In this document: positions 11,174 through 23,470 of the stretch, in pieces
How positions within the stretch are numbered: the stretch's first letter is position 1
Layout: every line of letters starts with the position of its first letter
Origin: Octopus vulgaris
Lineage: Eukaryota
NCBI GenBank assembly: GCA_951406725.2
Contig: OX597829.1
Span: 20,026,001-20,090,000 of the forward strand
Length of the DNA: 64,000 nt
Direction: 5' to 3'
Position numbers and translations under genes: made by a program
The notes under the pieces: model-generated
What the model was told of the DNA's origin: nothing
Databases searched by the model: none
What the model saw: the letters and a program-made list of their open reading frames with translations, nothing else

Positions 11174-11649
11174 ATGCTGTTATGATGGAGATATTAAAGT
11201 ATGAACTTTGTATAATGCTTGCTAAAACCAAGCAATACTGACCACTTATTCAAACCTTTGTTAATCTGAAATAAAGTTACCATTTTTTTTTGTTCATTTA
11301 AACAAAATTAACAAGCACACATTTGAACAAATATTTCCATATTTCTGAAAGTCGACAAAAACCCAAAATAGACAATATCACCATCCCTAAAATGGCTTAA
11401 GTGGAAATTATTTTAAAACATATCAATACACTCATTTCTTCAAAAAACCTGAAACAAGATAGCACAATATAGTTTTTATCTAAATAATTTTGGCAGATTT
11501 TATTGCTTTAAACATCAAAAGTCAACTTTGGTCTACTCTGCTTAACTTTAGCAAAGTACGCCAAAGTTGTCAAAAGACAATTAGCATGAGATGAATAATT
11601 ACTGGGAATGATACAGTTGAGAGAAAATTATATATATATATATATATAC

Positions 11650-13262
11650 AATAATATGTTACATTACTCGATAGTCAAGATAAAACTCTGAGTTTCAGAT
11701 GCCGAAGTGGAAATCCACAACACCATCTCTTCAGTTATCTGGCTATTTGAAAACGCTATGAAAAAATACCGTTAAATAAAGGGAAATTACTCCGTTATAA
11801 CTCTGCTTGCCTGCGTACTTATACATCGCTCGCATTTTTCGTCATAAAAATTATATAAAAATACATAAAAAATATATAAAATCTTCTTGGGACATAACAT
11901 AGAAAGCATGTTCTATCTGTTTTCTTTAGGGGACCAAAAACGTAACAGAAATTTAGTCACATATGGGCATGATCTGAAAAGCTCTGTCCTTGTATTTAGA
12001 CATGTAGTAGGGTCTAATCTGCTTTTCCAGATAAGCCATCTCTCCATGTCGCATAGACCGCACCTTCCACTGCCGTTGGTATAGGGCTTACATCTGGCCA
12101 AAATCTTCCATTGTATGTTATAATCGACACCTTTATCTCTTAAAGACCAAATTAGATAATTGTGTCGCTTTTCTTTTGTTCCAGTGCCTAAAGCTCAAAG
12201 TGTGGTTATTGAACCTGGCCTTGAAATTACCCTCTGTAAGGCCCACGTATTTCTTCGTCGAAACGGTGTCTTTAGTGGTTATAGAGTTTACGGTAGCTTC
12301 ATATATGATGGTCTTGGACATGCAAGCTCCATTTAGCGGGCACAATTCTTTATTCCTGCATGAACAGCTGTTTTCTTCTTGTGTTTTTTGTATGTTATGT
12401 TTGATTATGTTTTTAAAATTGGTAGTTGAACTAAAACTAATTTTTAAATTGTGTCTATTGAAGAGTTTCCTATAAGTATGGTTAACTGGAAAATGTCTAT
12501 CTATCAGTGCTAGGAAATATTTACCTATATTGAAGGCCACCTCGAGTGAGTAAGGGGGCGTAAACCAGATGACCTTCCTATTTCTATTATTCCTTTTCCT
12601 TACTGTTGGGCTAGTGATAGGTGTATATTTTATTTTTTCCCTAAAACCACTATCTTTTAAAGCCTTATTATAAACTGGAGCAACGCTATTGAAGATGTCC
12701 TTATCAGAGGAGAGGCTAGAAATCCTCTTACTAATATTTTAAACTAAATTTTTGAATACTATAGGGGGATGGCATGAACCTACATTAATATAACTTAGTC
12801 TATCATTGGGCTTCCTATAAGGCTTAGAAATATTCTTATTAAGATCTAAGGAAACATCTAAGAAATTGACAACCGTCAGGTTAGTATCTATAGTTATACT
12901 AAGTCCGAAGTGTTTCATTAACTGGATAATATCCTTCCTAAAACGATCTTGTGCTGGTCCATTTGTTTTAGCTGTTAAGGCGATGGCATCATCTTTGTAG
13001 ATGGCGAAATGTACGTTAGGGAATGTCTTACCTAAGGTATCTAGGAGAAAAAGTCCAATTAGATCACAGATGCCTGCCCCATCATATGAACCCATGCTCA
13101 CATCGAAAGCGCCCTCTGTGTCGGTGTTTTTTACCCACTTTGCGTTCTCACTGAAAAGTAATGTCTTTCTAGCATGTAAGATTATGTCCTTATCATTGGT
13201 ACTAATTTCTATGAAGTCGCTAGCGAAGATGAGGGCTTTATCTAGCAGTTCTTTAGAGATAG
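11650..13262 (-). mobile_element. Penelope-like retroelement (Neptune-like), 5'-truncated: RT, Cys-rich linker, GIY-YIG endonuclease
   Basis: RT motifs FDVSMGSYDGAGICDLIG, YKDD and VNFLDV; linker CSCRNKELCPLNGAC; IIYEA...YVGLT...FKARFNNH; C-terminal CGLCDMER...LNTRTE. Frameshifted; flanked by (TA)n on both sides. Confidence 0.93.
11671..11746 (-). ncRNA. type-I hammerhead ribozyme motif in the Penelope-like 3' repeat
   Basis: Minus strand: AUAGCCAGAUAA CUGAAGA GAUG...GUGGA-UU-UCCAC...CAUC U GAAA CUC-A-GAG UU UUAUCUUGACUAU. Stem I AGAUAA/UUAUCU, GUU cleavage triplet, one extra U before GAAA. Confidence 0.65.
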
Positions 13263-13324
13263 AATTTCCTCTATTTACATAATATCGAGGTCTCTTTCTT
13301 TCTTTTGTTATCTTACTGTTTTAT

Positions 13325-13363
<39 letters not shown>

Positions 13364-13879
13364 GTATGATGGAAAGATTTTTGGTATTAAATTTGATAAG
13401 GGATATACAGTATGAGAAATACATCAACCATTATCAGAAAGAATTGCAAACAAAAATAAGAAATTTTCACAACTCCACTTTGTAAAACGTGATTCATATA
13501 ACTGTCTTAGTAGAAATAATATTAATTGTTATAAAATGATATGCTGGAACATACTCATGGATATTAGCAACTTGGGACCAAATGTCATCCCCAACATTTC
13601 ATTGTAAGATAGAACCAAACCTCTCTGCCCTAAGACCCCTTACTTCGCTCCTGAGTTTCATTAAAACAGATTTCCATATGAACACTTGGATCATTTTGAT
13701 TAAATTAAGTCTGATATCATGAGAATTGGTAAAAGGATTTTAGACAGAATAAGACATAATATTAAAGAACAGGTGAGGTTAAACTTATGGATGAACACTG
13801 AAGAAATTACTAGTTGGTTTAGTAATTATGGCAATAGGAACAGCGCCTATCTTTTTTACATTTTTGATACTAATATTTA

Positions 13880-14095
13880 GTATTACAAGGCAGTAAACTG
13901 GCAGAATTGATAGCACACTGGGCAAAATAATGAGCAGCATTTCATTTGTCTTTACATTCTGATCAAATTCCGCTGAGGCCAAATTTGCCTTTGGTCCTTT
14001 TGGGATCAATAAAATAAGTACCAGTCGAACACTGGGGTTGATGTAATCAATTTACCTCCCTCGAAATTGCTGGCCTTGTACCAAAATTTGGAACT
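13880..14095 (+). mobile_element. tRNA-derived SINE (family B)
   Basis: aggcagtaaactggcagaa...gcctttggtccttttgggatcaataaaataagtaccag...ggccttgtaccaaaatttg. Confidence 0.75.
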
Positions 14096-14819
14096 AATAT
14101 TTACTAAACTTCTGTTACTCATAATCCATTGGATAAAGCAACTGAATATAGTAGAATAATAAACTCCAACTGTTGACTTCCAAACGAAAGTAACACTAGA
14201 GGCTTGAAAACTATTATTTTCATTGACCAGTAGCACCGGATTAAAAATTTTCCAGTTACTCCCTTTTAAGTAAGGGAGCAAACAACTCAATCAAAGTAAC
14301 TAACTTCATTATTTTGTACATACCCCACCCAGCTTAAAACCCAATTCCCAAGATTAACTGGTGGCTTATAATGTTATGACCCTTACTTGTATTAATCCAA
14401 GCCCACTGTAAGAACAAGGAAAGATTTACATACATGTTTCTAAAAATCTGAGTTTTATCATTACTTCAGAGTTTAATTCAAAACTGTTTAACTTCTAAGA
14501 AAGCAAAAAAAAAAAACAAAAAAAAAAAAACCTTACTGCTATATAAATAAAGTATCTAGCCGCCCTGAGAACATAACTAAGAATTTGGTTAAAAATGTCT
14601 TCCTTAGAATATATATCAGCTAATAAAAAAAAATAATTATTAAGTGTGTTACTTACTATAGTAATGCTTTCAAAAAGAATGGCACAAAAAGATTTTCTGT
14701 CATTCTATCTAATACGACAAAAAAAACCCCAAAAAAACACACTAATCTAAGAATATTAACTGGTACCATCTACTACATAACTTAGCTCTATACTAAGCAA
14801 GCACTTTTCCTTAATTATA

Positions 14820-14938
14820 AAGTACAGCCATATCATGTTGAAAGCACCAATTCTCATCCGATCACCAAAGTTAAGCAACATCAAGCCTAGTTAGTACTTA
14901 GATGGGTAACCGCTTAGGAAACCTAGGCGCTGTAAGTG
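14820..14938 (+). pseudogene. 5S rRNA pseudogene
   Basis: tacagccatatcatgttgaaagcacc...tccgatcaccaaagttaagcaac...gttagtacttagatgggtaaccgc...gctgtaag is colinear with metazoan 5S rRNA (box A agttaagc, box C gtact..gatggg). Most differences are CG>TG/CA. Single intronic copy. Confidence 0.9.
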
Positions 14939-14945
14939 TTCATTT

Positions 14946-15350
14946 ATAGGCATAGGAGTGGCTGTGTGGTAAGTAGCTTGCTTACCAAGCACATGGTTCT
15001 GGGTTCAGTCCCACTGCATGGCACCTTGGGCAAGTGTCTTCTACTATAGCCTCGGGCCGACCAAAGCCTTGTGAGTGGATTTGGTAGACGGAAACTGAAA
15101 GAAGCCCATCGTATATATGTATATATATATGTATGTGTGTTTTTATGTTTGTGTGTCTGTGTTTGTCCCTCCAACATCACTTGACAACCGATGCTGGTGT
15201 GTTTACTTTCCTGTAACTGAGCAGTTTGGCAAAAGAGACCGATAGAATAAGTACTAGGCTTACAAAGAATAAGTCCTGGGGTCGATTTGCTCGACTAAAG
15301 GTAGTGCTCCAACATGGCCACAGCCAAATGATTGAAACAAGTAAAAGAGT
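14946..15350 (+). mobile_element. tRNA-derived SINE (family A), full length
   Basis: ggcataggagtggctgtgtggtaag (box A) ... gggttcagtccc (box B) ... gaaacaagtaaaagagt. Confidence 0.9.
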
Positions 15351-16010
15351 AATAGAACACTTAATGACAACGCAATAAAACTTTCCGACTCTGTATCACC
15401 AAACTTCCCACAAAACATCACATAATGCTTAACTAAAAGTAAACAACAATGTCGGTTACAACAGGAATCAAGATTGCAATTCTAATATGCTTAACCATCA
15501 TTTTCATAATTCTGTTCAGTAAAAGAAACTGTTTATAAATATACTTATAAATCATATATAGGACTAAATGTAAACAATTTTAAGTCTTATTACCATCAGT
15601 GTAGTCATTCGTTTAGAGACCTAACTCAGAGATTTATGGAAAACTTGTCAGGAGAAACATTACGTTTATTAGATCGATATGTAATACCCAAATTGTAAAT
15701 GTTAATCCATTTTCCAGTGTAACAGCTTGTCAATTTTTCATGTCCTTTACTGTTTGTTAAACATGTAGCTTACAGAACAGAAGTCAGTGGTTTATAGTAA
15801 AATACCAATTTGCTAAAAAGTGATCACTCACTTGCTTTAACATGATGTTTTTTACCGGTCTTTGAAATGTCTTGGAAGAGAAGGTTACATGATGACTACC
15901 TTCGGTTCCAAATGGCTACAATTAAAACATCGGATTTGTCTGTCTCAATGATATGGACACATTGATAGCTTTTACTAAATAGCCATTCCTGCTTCAGTTG
16001 ATGAAATACA

Positions 16011-16319
16011 TTGGCATGTAAAAAGCACCATCCGATTGTGGCCGTTGCCAGCCTCGTCTGGACCCCGTGCCGGTGGCACGTAAAAAGCACCATCCAATCG
16101 TGGCTGTTTGCTAGCCTCGTCTGGCACCTGTGCAGGTGGCACGTAAAAAGCACCCACTACACTCACGGAGTGGTTGGCATTAGGAAGGGCATCCAGCTGT
16201 AGAAACACTGCCAGATTAGACTGGGCCTGGCGCAGCCTTCCGGCTTCCCAGACCCCAGCTGAACTGTCCAACCCATGCTAGCATGGAAAACGGACGTTAA
16301 ACAATGATGATGATGATGA
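16011..16319 (+). mobile_element. RTE-LINE 3' tail copy with about 62-bp modules
   Basis: Repeated ggcacgtaaaaagcacc modules; ends gcatggaaaacggacgttaaacaatgatgatgatgatg. Confidence 0.85.
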
Positions 16320-17148
16320 CAACATGAAACTGTCAAATTAAAGTGGCAGACATTGTTATATCCTGAATATAATAAGGTAAAAAAGGGACCAAGAACACCA
16401 TGAAATGATTTAACCCTTTTGTTACAATATTTCTGATGAAATATACAATCTTTGTTACAACTAATTTTGAAAATAATAAAATATTTATTAAAATAACTTA
16501 CTCAATGTTAATTTTATGCTAATTTATGTTTGGAACATAAACTAACATAAAATTTTGATAGATAGCATAAATTAAGAAAGATCATTTTAGACCAGAATGT
16601 TAGTATCATAGAGCCTATATGGGAGGGGGGGTCACATGGGTTGGGATCAAAAGGTTCTTGATCCACATCTTGTATGCCTCCAATCATTGTGTGAGCCATT
16701 TTTGCTCAATAATTGAATCTATGAGATACTGGAAACAAAGCACATCATTGGACGCTCCAAGGGAAATTCAAGTAAACTGATAAAGGCTTCCTTTACCTTT
16801 GATTGTGAAATATTTTTTCGATTGGGGACTTGGTAGAAGGCACTTTGAAAGTTAACTGAACTCCCAATATCAATAGAAGGTAAAGGATACTTATCAAGAT
16901 GTGTGAACCTGTTTATGGCGTCAGCGTAATTAATAGCTAGATGCCTTTTTATGTGTTTTACTATTTACAATAACAATCTTATTTCCAATGTAACAGCTTG
17001 TCAAGAAATATTGGGATCAATTATTCCCTACCTTAAAAACCATTAGATTTCTGTTACTATAAAATTTACCATCTCGAGGAGAATAACATGATTTAAGCAC
17101 TATAGGATGATGTATAAGTAAATAATACTGGAGGATCAATGTATAAGG

Positions 17149-17366
17149 CAGTGCTTTTCAAACATTTGCTGGAGCGGAACCCCAAGGAAACATTCCACTG
17201 GCTCAAGGAACCCCTGTGCAATAATTTAATAGTCTTATGCACACATATCTGCACAGGAGACTTAAAAATTACTGCCGATTTTAGCAGTTTTGTAACTTCT
17301 TGCGGAACCCCTGCACTGTACTGGCGGTACCCTAAGGTTCCGTAGAACCCTGGTTGAAAACCACTG
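17149..17366. mobile_element. hAT-type MITE
   Basis: TIR cagtgcttttcaa / ttgaaaaccactg; perfect 8-bp TSD gtataagg at 17141-17148 and 17367-17374. Confidence 0.9.
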
Positions 17367-17927
17367 GTATAAGGTATTAAATCTACAAATAACTATAAAT
17401 CACCTCCATATTTTAAACATTACACTGTCATGAAGCTTCTGAAAGTTCTGGCTCAGAATAATGTCAAAACACAGCTAAAGTACAGATATGTATATATTTG
17501 GACAGTTTCAGTAGTTTATTTTGAGGTCCATCATACAAGAGACTACAAACTTGGGAGTAAAGAGCAAAATAGCAGTCATAGAAACAGAGTTTCTCTCAAG
17601 CTGTAATCTTATTAAGTGACTCTTTTCTAATTCTGGATGGATAAAACTTCCAAAAGTATCACTTTCTATCAGACCATCTACTTTATGTCCCTAGCAAACT
17701 AGTTTCACACGTTTCCAATACCATCATCCCAAGTGTTACAGCTTAAGCTGTTGCCAACATTATTTAATTAGCGGAAACAGTTTCATGTTCAGGACACCTG
17801 TTCCATAGCTGCTTTGAAACTCGCAGAAAAGACATTTAGCATTGATTGCTGCTATTACCAGAATAGAATCTATGCTAATTTTATGAGTTAAAAGTTTGGT
17901 AAAATATAAATGGATTAATTGCCAAAA

Positions 17928-18445
17928 GTCATCATCATCATTTAGCGTCCGCTTTCCATGCTAGCATGGGTTGGACTGTTCAACTGGGGTCTGGGAAGCC
18001 AGAAGGCTGCACCAGGCCCAGTCTGATCTGGCAGTGTTTCTACGGCTGGATGCCCTTCCTAATGCCAACCGCTCCGTGAGTGTAGTGGGTGCTTTTTACG
18101 TGCCACCGGCACAGGTGCCAGACGAGGCTGGCAAACGGCCACAGACGGATGGTGCTTTTTACGTGCCACCGGCACGAGGCCAGTCGGGGTGGCGCTGGCA
18201 ACGGCCACATTCGGATGGTTCTCTTATGTACCACCGGCACTGGTATCACAGCTGCAATTTCCATTGATGTTGATCAATTTTGATTTTGATTTTCACTTGC
18301 CTCAACAGGTCTTCACAAGTAGAGTTTTGTGTCCCAAGAAGGAAAGGTATGCATAAGTGGGCTGGCTACATCCCATGTAGAGGCCACGGGTTATGGTCTC
18401 ACTTGTCCTGTCGGGTCTTCTCACGCACAGCATACTTCCAAAGAG
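17928..18445 (-). mobile_element. 5'-truncated RTE LINE (ORF end and 3'UTR)
   Basis: Minus strand LWKYAVREKTRQDK*, then 3'UTR modules and a (GAT)n tail. Confidence 0.85.
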
Positions 18446-20822
18446 TATAACTCGGAATTTCTTTGAGCTTAATCAAGAGCTCTTGCCTGATCAATGATGA
18501 ACTCCAAGCCATGGATTGACTTGTCAAAATGTTCAATTGTGGTCACAGGATGACGGTTCTTAAGACTTGTAAATACTTTTCTAAAGATGCCCTGACAGGC
18601 TGCTGCCAAACTACATGGTGGTAATATGTAAAAGCTTTATGGGACGATTTGACAAATTGTGTGTGCAAAACACCATTAGTATTTTCATAAGTAGAGATAG
18701 TTTCATATCTTTGGTTAACACAAAGTTTATGAGAAATTTCAACCGGTTCAAGATGTCTTGCATTGTAAAGAAATGTTCAAAGGTATTAAACCTAGGTTTC
18801 CTTTCTTAGGCAATCATTCAGAAAGTTGGGCTCGTCAAGTCACTTGAGGTCAAAACACGGTTTTCTATTACAAGCCCAGAATTACTGAATGTTTATACAA
18901 AGTAAATTGTGATGTAATTGGAACATAGCTTATCTGAAGGCTTTATTCAACACAAAAGTGTGAATAACATTGTTACACTTATCTGATGGTACACTTCAAT
19001 AAACAGATTACTATATTCGTTCAACAAAACTCAACAAAAGTTTGTTAAATCACTATTATTATCTTATATCACTATTATTATCACAAGACAACATGTCACA
19101 TTTGTCAACAGAGAAAGTGCTAAAAGTGAATTTTGTCTTCCTTTTATAATGGAATAATTAATTCAGTCTCTTGTTTAGTCAGTCCATTTCTAGAATGATT
19201 ACGAATTTCTTCGCGTTAGCAATAAGGAATATTCACTGGTTTAAATGATGTTTTTTACAAAATATATGAAACTTGTTTATTCAATAAAACACATCCGACA
19301 AATGATATTTTTCTTTTTTTTTTTTTTTCTTTTACTTGTTTCAGTCATTTGACTGCGGCCATGCTGGAGCACCACCTTAAGTCGAGCAAATCGACCCCGG
19401 GTCTTATTCTTTGTAAGCCCAGTACTTATTCTATCGGTCTCTTTTGCCGAACCGCTAAGTAATACATATATAATTTTTATATATATATAAAGATGGATTG
19501 AATGAATCACTGTAAGTCCTTCTCTATGGTCGCTCGAACTACAAGACATGGTAGCCAAAAATTCCTCAAATCACATTTTGCTATAAATAAAGGACATATT
19601 GAACAATATTGTCATACAATCAGACGAGATGATCACGTTTTGATCATAGGTCTGCTTGATCAGGAACAGCCTGGGACATCAACTAATAGATGAAAGTGTC
19701 TACGAAGTTGATCGACCTGTTACAAAGAACAGTCAAATCTCCCATATATCCTGTCTGAAAAGGGGAAGGACACACACTGGATAACGTAGTCAAGAGTGTG
19801 TGTGTGTGTGTGTGTGTCAGCGTAAAATACGAGATGGTCGCGACAGGAATGTCAACACAATTAGAATTACTTGAAGCTAAACAACTATTTTTAGCGTTTT
19901 ATTATTTTTATTTAGCAAATAAAAATAACTATATGGAAAGATAGCACGTCTGTTACTAGAGAGGGGCTAATTATAAAACTCGTTTATCACTGAGATGTTG
20001 CATTTTAACATAATGACATTTTAAGGTAAATAAAAAAACTAAAATTGCTTTATAATTCAAAACCACAACAATTAACGAAAGTAAATATAGCTTAATTAAT
20101 TAATCAAATGGTTTCGAAAATATATGGTCAACTATTACATCTTATTTTGTCTATCATTTAGTAAAAATAAACTTTGAAAATATTGAATAGATTGTAAAAA
20201 GAAAATAATTAAGATATTGCAAATAATTCTTTAATAAGTTTGTTCGTGGGTTCTTTTCTTCGTGTTTGTTTTAATTTTCCCTCTGTGGTAGACAAGTGAA
20301 ATAGTTTAGAAATATATTTGTTAACCAGTTCCTGATCTTTTTCACTCTTTGCACACACAAACACACACATGTATGCATGCACGTATGTTTTTTTTTTGGT
20401 GAAACGTGTTTAACCCCAGCTCAGCACCGGATATTCCTGCCTGCGTATATCTATCTAAATTACAACTTGACTACTTGCGTCAATCTTTTTTTCTTTTTTT
20501 AATAATCTGAAAGTTGAATATTCTTTCCCAGACATGGTATATTGAACAACATTATCCAATGTGTCGTTTTTAAGACGGGATTTGGTTGCTATTTCTAGCA
20601 ATTCAAGCTGTCAAGTAGAGATTCCTTCCGTCAAATTGCAAACCTATACCACTTCGTAATCCTGGTTTCCAAAGTATCCAAATTCAACACATTTCCGGTT
20701 AGTAGCCAACAGCAAATAGATTTTTGTCATGCATTTCAGTTCATTGTTAGTTGTTAACGTTACACGCGAAAAGCCCTCGTGTTCTTTGATAAATATATTA
20801 CAGAAATATAAACAATCCTTAC

Positions 20823-20939
20823 CCAAGAAGTTTCCTTTTCCAATAACTGGAAATCCTCAGCATAGATTGCCTGTAAAGCTTTCACCTCATCCAGTTGTTT
20901 TTCCAAGTTGCCGTCAACATCGTTAATTCCACTAGACAT
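20823..20939 (-). CDS. EIF2AK4: eIF2-alpha kinase GCN2, coding exon 1 (start of RWD domain)
   Basis: ATG at 20939; 117 nt encode MSSGINDVDGNLEKQLDEVKALQAIYAEDFQLLEKETSW then a GTAAGG donor (phase 0). Q-x-x-E-x-x-AL-x-AIY-x-x-DF is the RWD first helix. A possible 5'UTR acceptor (ttacag) ends at 20965. Confidence 0.88.
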
Positions 20940-20999
20940 TTTGACCTAAGTTCTCTACCAGTACCTGTAATGTTTATTATTATTACACGTATGTAGTAA

Positions 21000-22600
21000 T
21001 AACTGTCATAAGTGCTCCATTAAGAAATAAGTTTCAGGAACTGGAAAAACAACCAGTAATTAGAAATGTTTATGAGTCATATTTTTAATTTAAAATGTGT
21101 ATGTTTGTAATTATAACGGAAATATTTCCATGCTTAACTTTTTTTCGTTAACTTGGTTATTAAAGGGATGAAAAAAAAGTGTCTTCCGTCAATCACACGT
21201 TGAAAAAGGTGGGGTAAAATATGATTCTCTCCCTTACATGAAAAAAAATCAACCAATCAAAAGTTATGAGTTTTTTTTCTTTCTTGTTGTGTTGTTTTTA
21301 TATTACGATCTTTTTTTATAGGAATTATGTAAATGAATTTTTGACACATACACGTGTAAGCTATAAAACCAGATTTATAAACAAGAGATAATTATGATAA
21401 GAACATTTAGTTTAGACCTGGCTCGTCAGACTTTGGTGCCTGGATGGGGGTGCTTCAGAATAATCTGGGTGGGCATTGATTTGTAATAATGCTGAAGTGG
21501 AGTAAATCAGAAGGGGCAGTGTCCCTTAGCAACGGGCATGGTTTAGACTTTATCTCTACCCACTAAATTCTAAACTTTAGTACAAGTGCCCTAAATGCCG
21601 TCGTATTTTCGTATGCCTTTACCATTCCTTGTTTATAGAGGGGATTCTACTCTGCTCGTGCAGACGACAGCTTATTTAACTTTTATTAACTTTTCCATTA
21701 CCAACAACTTATTTAGAATAGTGATCGATGCTTATTTTAAATTTGTCTCATTTATTCATATTTTCACATTCATTTTGGGATTTGCTGCTTTACATTTCTC
21801 ATCCTTAGCATCATCATCAACTCATCTCAGTTTGAGGCCCCGAAAATCTATGCATGATTGCATCACTTTCTTAATTAGGAGTTTTGTCAATTGTCATTGT
21901 CAAATATTCTATTTACATTTTACATTTTTTTTGGCGAACGAAACGTTGCCTTTTTTTTTTTTCACGAATGTTTCACACTGGATTGGTGAGCTTTGAAAAC
22001 CATTCTAAATTTAATAAAATATTAAGTTTCAAATTCACGACAGTTAGCGTAATCCGACTTATGGTAGCTGTGGCCATGTAATGTTTTTGTTTACACGACG
22101 ATAGCATAAAAACAAACGTCACGTGTATGAGAAACACTTTAAGAAATCGAGTATTGCTATCTGGTAAGTGATTCTCTTTGAAACCTGCATATATTAATTA
22201 GCTGGAGATTATACGGACATATCCTTGGATTTTGACTTCGGTGTGGTGCACAAAAGGAATTTCGTCCCCAACTTTGTGAGTATACATACGCTTGACATGA
22301 AGAAGAAAAAGTTGCGATATAAGACGTTAAGTAGTACTTCATTAACCTTATTTATTCGGAATAAAGTGCAACTTTCGTCTTATCTCCATGAAATTTCAGG
22401 AGTGAAAACAGGATGGTTTTTCGACTTTGTGAAAGTAAAAGTGTTTACCTTATCGGAAGCGAAAGTGTTCTTTCTGGATGAAAACAGAACTAGTGTCTTT
22501 TCAAATCTAACATAAAATCTTAAGAGATATTTGATTTCGCCGCCGTTGGGACAAAGTCGAATATCAAAAAAGCCTATAATTTAGAAAGAATGTAATTTAA
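21000..22600 (-). promoter_or_regulatory. probable GCN2 promoter / 5'UTR region
   Basis: Repeat-free, CpG-retaining stretch upstream of the ATG exon. Contains ATTGCATCA (21857-21865), overlapping ACGTCA/GTCACGTG (22116-22125) and ccttagcaac (about 21524-21533). The TSS cannot be placed. Confidence 0.45.
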
Positions 22601-23134
22601 TTTGCTGATAATTGCTCTCTTTTCTTATTTCTTTATTGCCCTCAAGGGGCTAAACATAGAGGGGACAAACAAGGACAGACAAAGGGATTAAGTCGATTAT
22701 ATTGACCCTAGTGCGTAACTGGTATTTATTTAATCGACATCACTTGACAACCGATGGTGGTGTGTTTATGTCCCCTTAACTTAACAGTTCAGCAAAAGAG
22801 ACCGATTCCAAAGAATAAGTCCTGGGGTCAATTTGCTCGACTAAAGGCAGTGCTCCAGCATAGCCGCAGTCAAATGACTGAAACAAGTAAAAGAGTAAAG
22901 AGAGTAATTACATGTCTGTGGTACTGGAGCACTGGAGCTGCAGCCTCTGATTGCAGAGAAGTAGCAGGTCAACCTAGAGAGATTCCCTGATCTCCAAGCT
23001 GTAGATCCTGTCAGAGATTCTTTGGAGGAACCCCTTTTGGCCACTTGTATTCACAATCATACTCTTTCAGACGTAAGCCAACGTTCATGATCATAGCACT
23101 GTGCTGGCTAAATACTATAAAACATCCCGTGTAG

Positions 23135-23470
23135 ATAGACATCCATCGGTCTCAAAAGACCATGGATCTGCACCTGGAGAACTCTTTGTCAGCTACTGAT
23201 GGTGGTGCAGCTTCTGCTGTGGCTGTACAGGCCCACACATGTGTGACAGTCTTGCAGCGATTGCATTTGAAGAAGCTCTCCACCATTGCTACAGACTTTT
23301 CCTTTTTTCAAGTGTACTTTTCTTCAGTGGAAAGTTTCTATTTCTCTTCTCGCTCCATCCCCTTGCATAGCGCTTGTCTTCAGTGTAGGCAGTCATTTGC
23401 GACTTCCTCCCATTTTAAGACATCCAGATCTGTAGACTGCATATCTCTCTTGCAGAAGTCCTTGAAATGA
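23135..23470 (-). mobile_element. RTE (BovB-like) LINE ORF C-terminus with Cys/His knuckle
   Basis: FKDFCKRDMQSTDLDVLKWEEVAND...FKCNRC..DCHTCVGLYSHSRSC. Confidence 0.8.

Larger units (their letters stand above)
15620..18830 (-). mobile_element. decayed Ty3/gypsy LTR-retrotransposon internal region (gag, PR, RT, RNase H), interrupted by younger inserts
   Basis: Minus strand, in order: gag-like NTFEHF...LKFLINFV...SLEKYLQVL (about 18450-18810); protease-like GHKVDGLIESDTFGSFIHP (about 17630-17690); RT INRFTHLDKYPLPSID...SAFYQVP...LYQFT*ISLGASN..CFQ (about 16700-16945); RNase H IETDKSDVLIVAIWN and ITYRSNKRNVSPDKFS (about 15640-15960). Confidence 0.75.

Noticed and set aside
13548-13640. Alternative GCN2 exon 2 candidate ending in tatccatga|gtatgt
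   Set aside because: In-frame stops; 10766-10872 fits both phase and RWD motif.
14950-15020. tRNA genes at SINE heads
   Set aside because: Box A and box B are present, but there is no complete cloverleaf and each continues into a SINE body.
22225-22515. 96-aa ORF as a divergent protein-coding gene
   Set aside because: It starts at a non-ATG codon and has no recognisable domain; only its internal donor-like site is noted.
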